Part shown: one piece after another, positions 6,934 to 14,676 of the stretch
How positions within the stretch are numbered: the first letter of the stretch is position 1
Layout of the letters: each line of letters opens with the position of its first letter
Origin: a virus
Length of the DNA: 21,713 nucleotides
Direction: 5' to 3' (one strand)
Virus record (IMG/VR): IMGVR_UViG_3300048080_000657
Position numbers and translations under genes: made by a program
Notes under the pieces: generated by a model
Seen by the model: only the letters and a program-made list of their open reading frames with translations
What the model was told of the DNA's origin: nothing
Database searches by the model: none

Positions 6934-9138
6934 TTACGGTTGCTTCACTACGCGAAGGCTCTCGCGCGTGGGGAGTGGGGTCCCCTGCGCCTCCTCGGTG
7001 ACCGTCTCATTGGCCGGACCGCGACCGGCGGTCTGCGCCTTGCGTGCTGCGAGGAACTCCTCCCAGTAGACCCTGATCTGCTCGACGACCATCGCCCGGA
7101 AACCCTCGTAGAAGTCCGCGGCATCCGGTTCTTTCTCGAAGATGCGGACCGTTTCCGGGTCCAGGTGCGGCTTGAGCGCCCTGAACATCTTCTCCCAGTT
7201 CCGCGGCCTCATGTAAGTCGCGAAAGCCGCGCAGGCCTTCCTGCCCTTGTCATCCTCGGGGTCGCGCATCCACTCGAGGTACAGGTTCGCGAAGCTCGTG
7301 GGATCGCTGCCGCTGTCGACGTGCAGCGCCCATTCCTGGATGACCTCGGCGAAGAACGGCTCCTTGAGCATACCTTGGATGATCTTGTCCATGCTGATCT
7401 CCCCCTCCGGCTCCTCGGTTCTCCCGTTCCCCGAGGGTGCCTGGGCCGCTGTCGCGCCCTGTCCCGGGGCCGGAGGCGCCTTCTCCCTCTTGTTGACATC
7501 GAGGACATTCCCGTCGATCGAGCCCCTCTCGATGGCGGCGGCCTGCGCCTCCGGGCTCATGTCTGCCGTTGCCTGGATTTTTTTCAGGTCGACGAAGCGC
7601 TCGAAGCCCTTGGCGATCTCCTTGGCGATCGTTCCGATCGTGTTCAGGACGAGATCACCTCCCTCCTTGGACATCGCCTCTTCGCGCGCCTCGAGAATCT
7701 TGATCTGCAGTTCGTGCTCACGGTCGAGGGCCTTCTCGCGCAACTTGTGCTCGCGGTCCAAGCCCTCGCGCTCCCGGTCGGCATCCGCGCCCACACTCTC
7801 GCGCGTCGCGGTGATCTCCTTCTCGGTCCGCTCGCGCATCTCCTTGACTTCGGCCGTCACCCTCTCCTGGGAGGCCTTGATCTCGGTGGACGTCTTGTCC
7901 TGGACATGCTGCATCTCATCGCGACTCCTCTTGAGTTCGCTCTCGAGGGCTTCTCGCTGGATCCTCGCCTCCTCGCGCATGTTCTGGAACTTCTTGTCCT
8001 CGAGTTCCGTCGATGTCTTGCGGTCCTCGGAGAGCCGTCTCGCGCGCGATTCCTCCTCCGCCTGGGCGAACTTGAGCCTCGATTCCGTCTCGGCCTGGAT
8101 CTGCTTGTACCGGGAGTCCGCCTCCTGGCGGATACGCTCGAGCTCGCGCTCGTGGCGCTTACGATCCTCTTCCTCGCGCCGCTCTGCCGCCGCGCGCTCC
8201 TCGCGCTGCCGGCGATCCCACTTCTCTTCCTCGTCCTTGCGGTGCTGAGCGTCGCGCTCACGCTCATCGGTCGTGCGCTTCTCTGTCAGGGCGTGCTGGC
8301 TCTTGAAGAATTCGGCCAGCGAGGTCTCCGGTCCGCTCTTCCTCGCCTCGCTCGCCTGCTTCATGTTCTCACGGGTGATCTCGCCGAGCGCCTTGATCGC
8401 CTCGTTCGCCGAGCTCTCCGCTGCGACCGAGCCGTGGCGCGCGAAGGCGAGGAGCTCGCGCTCACGCCCGTCGTCGCGCGGCTGCTCGTAGCCTTGCCGC
8501 AAAAAGGACGGCCGGTGGCCCTCCCCCTCTTCGTGTGCGCCTTGCGCGGCGCCGCGGTCCCACGGTCTCACGAAGGACTGCCGGGGCCGTTCCTGCCGGG
8601 ACTGCTGGGGCCACCTGGGAGGGCCGAAGGACGGCCCGATGCGAATATCCGTCTCGACAGCCCTGGTCTGCCCGGGATCGTAGCGATAGAGCCTGTAAAG
8701 CCCCTCGCCGTACTGCTGGCCAAGATTCATCTCGTCGAAAGGCGCCGTGTGCTGTCCGAGGATGCCGTCGGGCGGCGTCTTTCTCTCGACGGTGTACCGC
8801 GTGGTCAGGTTCGACGATGCAAGCGGCCCCCCGCTCTGCCTCCAGTCCCCGAACGAATCCGCCACGGGCGGGTGCGCTGGAGCCTGCTGCTGGGGAACGG
8901 GCGCGGATCCGCCGGACGGATTCATGGGGGCCTCCCGTTTCTTGGTGGGTTCGTGGGGCGGGATTGTCGGCAGCAGCCCCTTCCTTCGCGCTGTGCCAAC
9001 GAAGCCGTTGACACGTTGAGCGTCTTTTTTATGCAGGTTGAGCTGGTCGTTGATCTGGTTGATGGAGAAGCCGTCACGAGCGAGAGAGAGGACTTGATCC
9101 TTCTGCTCGTCCGTCAGGCCCTGAGGACGTTTGGCCAC
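6934..9138 (-). CDS. Large protein with N-terminal HTH-like region, long E/R/K coiled coil and helical C-terminal domain
   Basis: Likely GTG start at 9138 (GGAG 7 nt upstream). LTDEQKDQVLSLARDGFSINQINDQL is HTH-like, followed by roughly 250-300 aa of charged coiled-coil-like sequence. Confidence 0.85.
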   Translation of the reverse strand: MAKRPQGLTDEQKDQVLSLARDGFSINQINDQLNLHKKDAQRVNGFVGTARRKGLLPTIPPHEPTKKREAPMNPSGGSAPVPQQQAPAHPPVADSFGDWRQSGGPLASSNLTTRYTVERKTPPDGILGQHTAPFDEMNLGQQYGEGLYRLYRYDPGQTRAVETDIRIGPSFGPPRWPQQSRQERPRQSFVRPWDRGAAQGAHEEGEGHRPSFLRQGYEQPRDDGRERELLAFARHGSVAAESSANEAIKALGEITRENMKQASEARKSGPETSLAEFFKSQHALTEKRTTDERERDAQHRKDEEEKWDRRQREERAAAERREEEDRKRHERELERIRQEADSRYKQIQAETESRLKFAQAEEESRARRLSEDRKTSTELEDKKFQNMREEARIQREALESELKRSRDEMQHVQDKTSTEIKASQERVTAEVKEMRERTEKEITATRESVGADADREREGLDREHKLREKALDREHELQIKILEAREEAMSKEGGDLVLNTIGTIAKEIAKGFERFVDLKKIQATADMSPEAQAAAIERGSIDGNVLDVNKREKAPPAPGQGATAAQAPSGNGRTEEPEGEISMDKIIQGMLKEPFFAEVIQEWALHVDSGSDPTSFANLYLEWMRDPEDDKGRKACAAFATYMRPRNWEKMFRALKPHLDPETVRIFEKEPDAADFYEGFRAMVVEQIRVYWEEFLAARKAQTAGRGPANETVTEEAQGTPLPTRESLRVVKQP

Positions 9139-9230
9139 CGCAATCTCCACAACACGAGGAAGATTACGGCGCCTTCGTTAATGCCTACTGCACGTTACTT
9201 CGGCATCTCCGGGGGAGGAGACTGAACGGG

Positions 9231-9259
9231 ATTATGGGACGAACCGCGGGGGATGTCAA
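9231..9259 (-). promoter_or_regulatory. sigma70-type promoter for the structural operon
   Basis: TTGACA (9259-9254), 17 nt spacer, CATAAT (9236-9231). Confidence 0.85.
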
Positions 9260-9271
9260 GAGGAAAAACGA

Positions 9272-10639
9272 TCAACGAAGAAGAGCGAGGAGCCCGATGC
9301 CGACCGCGGCGATGCCGCCTCCTAGGAGGAGGTCCGTGATCGGGGCGCTCTCGTGCTCCAGCGGATAGAAGTCGTGCACGCCCACGTCCCGGGGATTGAT
9401 CTCCCTCTCGACCAGGCCCTCGCGGATGGCTTCTTCCTCCTCCGGCGCGAGACCGCGCGAGCGTGTCTCAGCAGCGGCCATCGCATCGATCGTGTCCGCG
9501 GCCCGGCGCGCCTCTGCCGCGAAGGCGGCGTCGTCCTGTTCGAACTGGCGCGCCACCTGCTCCATGTCCTCAGCCGCCTGCCGGCGCTCCTGGTACGCCA
9601 TCTCCTGGCCGATGATCTTGGTGGCTGCCTGGCCGACCTGCCCCGAGGACACGGCGGAGCCGACCGGGATCGCGGTCGAGAGTGCAATGCCGACGCCGAC
9701 GCCGATCACGATGAGCGCCGCGCCCAGGGCGATCTTGTTGATGATCGCCTTCCGCTTCTGTCTTTTCGCCCTGTCCTTCAGCACGGCCACGACCCAGCTC
9801 GAGACGCGGTTGTAGTTCTCGACGGTGAGGAGCGTCACCCAGAGGCGCGCGAGCTCCGGATGGATGTCGTAGTCGCTCTTCACGAACTTCACCAACTCGT
9901 CCCGCAACACCCAGAACCAGACGCCCGGCGCGGCCGAGATCGGACTCGGGAAAGGATAGTCGGCCAGGGCCGTCAGAAGGGAGATCGTATTACGGACCTG
10001 CCTGCGAACGTCGCCCCATTCGCCAACTCCTATCCTGAAGTATTTTCCGAATCCCGCTTCTCCGTGCGAGACATACCTGAACATCCAGGATCGCGGCATC
10101 TCAGAAGGCGGCGTGCAGAAGAATGGGTTAGCCTGGAGCGCGGCGATGTTCAGCCCTTGGTGACTTTCATCTCTAAGTAGTAGTAGTCGGTCCATCCGCC
10201 TGTCGGGGTCGGCGCCGCATAGACGACGCAGGAATGGCCAGTCTCTTTTCGGCTGTCTATCCTCCAGGATAGACTCTCCAAAGAAAGTATCGACGACGCC
10301 CAGGTCGGAGATCTCCGTGCGCGACGGACCGTTCGCTACCGCGGCCATCTGATCAAGAGTTTCCGAACCCCACTTGCGCAGGTCCTCTTGGCGAAACTCC
10401 TCGTATTCGCTGAGAATATCGTCGAGTATATCTGAGGCCTCTTCCGAAGCGGTCAGCCGACCCGGGATGACGAGACCGGCATCATCCGTAACCACCGCGA
10501 GCTGCCCGCGGGCGAGGAGGATGTCGACCGGAATCCCGAGGAGGCGGTTCTGGTCCGCTTGTGCAAGGAAAGGACGCCGCCGCGCGCCGAGCCCGCGGAC
10601 CTGGAGGACGTTGACCACGGGAAAAGGCCTCGTGCGCAT
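9272..10639 (-). CDS. Membrane protein with internal and C-terminal TM helices (putative virion/entry protein)
   Basis: Start placed at ATG 10639 because a promoter lies at 10650-10677. TM segments IALGAALIVIGVGVGIALSTAI and LLLGGGIAAVGIGLLALL. Confidence 0.8.
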   Translation of the reverse strand: MRTRPFPVVNVLQVRGLGARRRPFLAQADQNRLLGIPVDILLARGQLAVVTDDAGLVIPGRLTASEEASDILDDILSEYEEFRQEDLRKWGSETLDQMAAVANGPSRTEISDLGVVDTFFGESILEDRQPKRDWPFLRRLCGADPDRRMDRLLLLRDESHQGLNIAALQANPFFCTPPSEMPRSWMFRYVSHGEAGFGKYFRIGVGEWGDVRRQVRNTISLLTALADYPFPSPISAAPGVWFWVLRDELVKFVKSDYDIHPELARLWVTLLTVENYNRVSSWVVAVLKDRAKRQKRKAIINKIALGAALIVIGVGVGIALSTAIPVGSAVSSGQVGQAATKIIGQEMAYQERRQAAEDMEQVARQFEQDDAAFAAEARRAADTIDAMAAAETRSRGLAPEEEEAIREGLVEREINPRDVGVHDFYPLEHESAPITDLLLGGGIAAVGIGLLALLR

Positions 10640-10649
10640 CGTTCCCGAC

Positions 10650-10677
10650 ATTATACGGCCGTCGAACCGCGTTGCAA
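10650..10677 (-). promoter_or_regulatory. sigma70-type promoter (near-leaderless transcript)
   Basis: TTGCAA (10677-10672), 16 nt spacer, TATAAT (10655-10650). ATG lies 10 nt downstream of the -10. Confidence 0.75.
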
Positions 10678-10688
10678 GCATGGCGCCA

Positions 10689-10970
10689 TCAACGGTCGAA
10701 AAGTCCGTGTCCTGCCAGGCACTCGAGGACGCGACGGTCTCGGGCGTCGTTCGGCGTATCGAGGCATTTCTTGCAGATCACATAGGGCGCGGCCTTGTCC
10801 TCGATCTGGTTCCCGATCATCCGGCTCTTCGCGCGGTAGAGGGCGACGCGGCCGATGTCGGTCGCGCTCGCTCTCCTCTCGTAGCAGCAGGCGCACTGGA
10901 ACATGAGAGAGGACTGGACCCTCTCCGTGAATGCACGCAGCTGCTCGTCCTCGAATTTCTTGTCGGCCAT
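10689..10970 (-). CDS. Small Zn-finger-like protein
   Basis: 93 aa with CACC and CKKC pairs. Confidence 0.7.
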   Translation of the reverse strand: MADKKFEDEQLRAFTERVQSSLMFQCACCYERRASATDIGRVALYRAKSRMIGNQIEDKAAPYVICKKCLDTPNDARDRRVLECLAGHGLFDR

Positions 10971-10986
10971 ATCTCAGATGGTACAC

Positions 10987-11119
10987 GGAAGATTCCATTC
11001 GCGCAACGATCATCGAGATCGAAAAACCCGCGGAAGTTTCCAAGGTGCAGTTTCCCATGGAAATCCACAGGAACTTCCACGTGGAACTGCCCGGAAAGGT
11101 GATTCCGGGCCGAAATTCC
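10987..11119. repeat. Array of GGAA(N1-2)TTCC-like palindromic sites in an intergenic gap
   Basis: GGAAGATTCC 10987, GGAAGTTTCC 11032, GGAAATCC 11059, GGAACTTCC 11070, GGAACTGCC 11083, CGAAATTCC 11111. Confidence 0.6.
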
Positions 11120-11122
11120 GGG

Positions 11123-11539
11123 TTAATCCACCCCCTGAAGGCTCCTGACGTCCTGGGGGAGCCCCGCCCAGAGACATACCTCTTCCATGACGGGCTTCCC
11201 GGATTTGATCTCGTCCCGTGTGAGCGCGAGCGGTATCCACGGCGAGAGGACGATCGGCTTGACGCAGAGGTCCACGTGCCCGTCCGGAAAGCCGAACCGG
11301 ACTTTTGCGCGGGGATCAAGTTGCCGTTCCGTCTCCCCTCCGGTCCAGCCCAGGGCCTCCTCGAAGACCTTCTTGAGCGTGGCGATCTGTGCCGCCGTCA
11401 CGGAGACGGGTATGACAATGCCGACCGGGGTCGTCACGCGAATCACAGCGTGCGCATCCTTGAAGCCGTAACGACACTGAACCTTCGGCGAGAGTGCCTT
11501 TTCGAACGGCTCCCGCTTTGTCGTCGTTCCATCGCTCAC
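11123..11539 (-). CDS. Hypothetical protein (138 aa)
   Basis: GTG at 11539 overlaps the upstream TGA (GTGA), consistent with translational coupling. Confidence 0.6.
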   Translation of the reverse strand: MSDGTTTKREPFEKALSPKVQCRYGFKDAHAVIRVTTPVGIVIPVSVTAAQIATLKKVFEEALGWTGGETERQLDPRAKVRFGFPDGHVDLCVKPIVLSPWIPLALTRDEIKSGKPVMEEVCLWAGLPQDVRSLQGVD

Positions 11540-12009
11540 TTTTTTTCTTTCGCAGACCGGGGTTTCCGTGCCCCCTTGAGCGGCGAGGTACATGCGCTCT
11601 GCGTCTTCGTGAGGAGCAGATTGAGGCGCCCGTCGATCCTGTCCAGTCGCTCGCGGAGTTTCGGAATCTCCCCGGGGCCGAGGCGCCGGCGCGCGAGGGC
11701 AAGATTGAGGCTCTTAGCGTCCTCGGCTACGAGCCTGGCGAGGCGGGCGTTCTCTCCCATAGCGCCGTTCTGCTCGAGTGTCCGGGCCGCTATCCCCGCG
11801 AACCGCGCAGCCGTGTAGACCCCGGTCGCGACGTCGCGCAGGTCGACGCGCGCCCCCCGAGCCCTCGTCGCGCGTCCCTCTGAGACCAGGTAGCGAGCAA
11901 GCGTGATCCCGCAGCCGGCGTGCATGACCTGGTTGACTGCGGTCATGCAGCGCCCTGCGTGAGCGGCGATCTCCTTCGCCTGCGCCTCCGTGAGCGTGAG
12001 CTTCCTCAT
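11536..12009 (-). CDS. Hypothetical basic helical protein (157 aa)
   Basis: ATG at 12009 with GGAGGAGGA RBS and ATGA overlap with the upstream stop. Reads MRKLTLTEAQAKEIAAHAG... Confidence 0.7.
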   Translation of the reverse strand: MRKLTLTEAQAKEIAAHAGRCMTAVNQVMHAGCGITLARYLVSEGRATRARGARVDLRDVATGVYTAARFAGIAARTLEQNGAMGENARLARLVAEDAKSLNLALARRRLGPGEIPKLRERLDRIDGRLNLLLTKTQSACTSPLKGARKPRSAKEKK

Positions 12010-12584
12010 TCCTCCTCCGGGCTTCGGCGGGAGCCGCCCTCCGTGCACTCCCCATCGACCATGACGGAACCCTCTACTAGAAAACTCATGAAGGAAGGAA
12101 TCTCCAGCTTCTCCGGGAACGGCTCGCCGCGCCAGTAGCTCGTGGCCATCCGCCATGCCTCCTCGGCCTGGCGAATCTCAGGCCATCTCTCGACGAGCGC
12201 ATCCACCCAGCGCTCGTCCGTCATCGTCCGCAGGGCATCCCTCTTGGGAGTCACGTACCAACAGTAACGCCCCTCCCCTGGGGGATCCACCATGAGCTCC
12301 CGAGGCGCGTACATCGTAGCGTAGATCTTCCTCGCCGGCGCATGCGTGGGCCACGGGACGATGACGATCGAGCACATCCGGTCGGGGAGCCCGTGGAAGA
12401 AGGGGTCGCGCTCGGCCCTGCGCTCCTCCTCCGCCAAGATGCGCGCCTCCGCAAGGAGTTGCTCTACCTCCAGGTGGTCGTGCCCGAGCGCCTCCACGGC
12501 GCTTTGGTTCTCCTCACAGAAGCGGCGCGTGTCCACGAGGTCGCCCTTGCGGAAACGCCGGTCCGTGTAGAAGACGTTCGGCAT
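12006..12584 (-). CDS. Hypothetical protein (192 aa), leaderless
   Basis: ATG 6 nt downstream of an extended -10 element. Normal globular composition. Confidence 0.75.
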   Translation of the reverse strand: MPNVFYTDRRFRKGDLVDTRRFCEENQSAVEALGHDHLEVEQLLAEARILAEEERRAERDPFFHGLPDRMCSIVIVPWPTHAPARKIYATMYAPRELMVDPPGEGRYCWYVTPKRDALRTMTDERWVDALVERWPEIRQAEEAWRMATSYWRGEPFPEKLEIPSFMSFLVEGSVMVDGECTEGGSRRSPEEE

Positions 12585-12590
12585 GCAAAG

Positions 12591-12618
12591 ATTCTACCAG
12601 ATCAGCCGGGAGAGTCCA
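12591..12618 (-). promoter_or_regulatory. Extended -10 promoter, leftward
   Basis: TGGACT, 16 nt spacer, TAGAAT (12596-12591) preceded by TGn. Confidence 0.65.
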
Positions 12619-12723
12619 GCGCAGGACGCGCCATCCGATACAACACTCTCAACCTGTAGTGTGCGGCTGCCCGTGGAACCACAAGAATCGGCTTTTATTT
12701 TTCGCGCCGGTGTCGCTGGTCGC

Positions 12724-12751
12724 TTGACACTTCTCCTTATCGCGCTAGACT
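12724..12751 (+). promoter_or_regulatory. sigma70-type promoter for the replication operon
   Basis: TTGACA (12724-12729), 16 nt spacer, TAGACT (12746-12751), with an AT-rich tract upstream. Confidence 0.75.
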
Positions 12752-12757
12752 TCACCC

Positions 12758-12862
12758 GCGCGACGAACGCACCAGGACCCCGAGTCTCTCGGCCCGTGCC
12801 GTCGCCACACTCCGGCATGCGTTCGTCGCGCAGCCGGAAGGCGGCACGGGTCGCGATACTCG
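12758..12862 (+). ncRNA. Structured 5' leader of the rep gene (alternative or pseudoknotted helices)
   Basis: 14-bp perfect complement between 12758-12771 and 12818-12831 crosses a 23-bp imperfect helix between 12781-12803 and 12840-12862. Confidence 0.55.
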
Positions 12863-12912
12863 TGGTTGCGCTCGCGGTCTCCGTGTAGTGGATACTGGCC
12901 CTGGAGAGCCTC

Positions 12913-14676
12913 ATGGCGGCACCGACACCGAGGGAGTTCTTTGAAGCCCTCTGGTCCGATATCCGAGGCGGCGACATCCTTCTCAGGCTGATCGGATGCG
13001 GACAGGATTCCGAGGTCGAGGTCCGCGATGTCAGGTTCGCATGGCCTGCCGGCATAGACGAGATGCTCGGTCGGGCTTTCATGGAAGCCGGCTGGAACGC
13101 CTACTACGGGATCGGCATACGCTCGGTCCAAGGAACCGGGCCGCATAAGGTGTTCGCCGTGCCCGCCCTCTGGCATACGTTCAACCTCAACGTCGTTCCC
13201 CTGGACAAGGCTGTCGGGGCGATCAAGGCGTTCCCATTGAGGCCGTCCGCGGGCTTTCGCGCGGGCGACGTCCTGACGGCCGTCTGGTTCATTGAAGGAT
13301 CCTTCTGCGGAGAGACGGAGTTGCGGGGTGTCTGGCCGGCGAACCTCAAGCTTGCCGCCAAGCTCATGGCGTCCCTGGGAGAAGCCGGCGGGCACGAGGA
13401 TCCCCTGCTCGTGAAGGCCAACCTAGCCGTGGAGCATCGCCAACCGCAAGGGGTGCTACGGGTTCCAGGCTCGACGAACTACGAGACGAGCCAGCCTCAA
13501 GCCGTCGAGTTCGTCTCGTGGAACCCGGGCCTGCGTCACGATTTCGAGCAGTTCTACAAAATCCTTGTGGACACGCCTGCCGTCGACAAGGAAGAACCGA
13601 AGGTCGAGCCGGCGAAGCCGACCAAGCCAAAGCAGGCTGCTGTGCCCGACGAGGACGAGGATGGCCCCAAGCCTAGGGACATCGCGACCGACCTCAACCA
13701 GAAGCTCGCCAACGCCATGACGAAGGTCTGGATCGAAGGCTTCCGCGAGAAGATAGCCATGCTCGTGGCCGGTGGCCTTGCCCACGGGAACTACACCAAG
13801 GAGGCGGCGCTGCGGCTCGTACGTGCCGTCTGCACGCTGACCGGGGACCCCGATATTCCGCGCTTCGAAGAGATCATCGAACGGACCTTCAAGAGGCACG
13901 ACGACGGGGACCGTGTTGCGGGATGGCCCACGCTCGAGAAACTGATCGACGAGTTCCCTGGTGCGCTCCGCGACGAGGCAAAGAGGGCGTTCGAACTCAT
14001 CCGAAAAAGCGTCCCGAAGCCGCCGAAAGGCGGGGGCGGGGGTGGAAGCAACGGCCGCGGCAGGGCCGACGAGCCCGACTTCGACATCGTCGAACTCGTG
14101 CGGTACACGAGCGAACCCGCCCGCTATAGGGTACACCTGAAGCTCCATGCCGAAAAGGCTGGAAAGACGGACCTCGATGTCCATGTCGAGGAGGGTGACG
14201 TCTACTCTTTCGATGCCTTCCGCGAGAAGACCTTCGGTCAGGCACACATTTACCTCGCCAAGGTCAGCCAGACGGCTTGGGAAGTGCTGGTGGAGAAGGC
14301 ACCGTTCAAGATCGAGGAGGCTCCTCCAGAGGCGAAACCGTCCGGGGCGATCGCCTCGGCGCTCGAGGAGTTTGTCGAGGACAAGAAAGAGGACCCGGAG
14401 TTGGGTGACCTGAAGAGCTACCCTGGCTATGACGAGACGGATGTCTTCTTCAGGCTCCCCACCTTCAAGGGCTTCCTCAAGGACCAGGGGGTGAGATTCA
14501 CGGACCGCGAAATCCTGCACCAGATCAAAGAACTGGGCTGGAAGCGGGAAACTAAGCGGTTTGGGCAGGCAACCGCGAAAATCTGGCTCAAGCCACTGCA
14601 GAACGGGCACACGGAAGAGAAGCCACCGGAAGGCCTGTTCGAACCCGGCACCGATGCATCTGGTGGGATGGCGTGA
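12913..14676 (+). CDS. RepB-like AEP primase homolog with degenerate catalytic motifs, PriCT-like and C-terminal wHTH-like regions
   Basis: AYYGIGIR, ALW, PS, VLRVPGSTN scaffold of RepB-type primases and a PriCT-like helical segment (...VAGWPTL). The expected DxD is replaced by ALWHTFN and SGxGxHxYW by RAGDVLTAVW. Confidence 0.75.
   Translation: MAAPTPREFFEALWSDIRGGDILLRLIGCGQDSEVEVRDVRFAWPAGIDEMLGRAFMEAGWNAYYGIGIRSVQGTGPHKVFAVPALWHTFNLNVVPLDKAVGAIKAFPLRPSAGFRAGDVLTAVWFIEGSFCGETELRGVWPANLKLAAKLMASLGEAGGHEDPLLVKANLAVEHRQPQGVLRVPGSTNYETSQPQAVEFVSWNPGLRHDFEQFYKILVDTPAVDKEEPKVEPAKPTKPKQAAVPDEDEDGPKPRDIATDLNQKLANAMTKVWIEGFREKIAMLVAGGLAHGNYTKEAALRLVRAVCTLTGDPDIPRFEEIIERTFKRHDDGDRVAGWPTLEKLIDEFPGALRDEAKRAFELIRKSVPKPPKGGGGGGSNGRGRADEPDFDIVELVRYTSEPARYRVHLKLHAEKAGKTDLDVHVEEGDVYSFDAFREKTFGQAHIYLAKVSQTAWEVLVEKAPFKIEEAPPEAKPSGAIASALEEFVEDKKEDPELGDLKSYPGYDETDVFFRLPTFKGFLKDQGVRFTDREILHQIKELGWKRETKRFGQATAKIWLKPLQNGHTEEKPPEGLFEPGTDASGGMA

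Noticed and set aside
6712-9225. 837-aa plus-strand ORF (and other long antisense ORFs such as 3368..4531, 4324..5733, 13456..14721, 16497..17465)
   Set aside because: Antisense shadows of real genes in high-GC DNA, with no motifs or convincing RBS.
12583-12888. ORFs crossing the divergent intergenic region (12583..12888 +, 12594..13082 -)
   Set aside because: They overlap two clear promoters and the structured leader, lack an RBS and show no protein-like signal.
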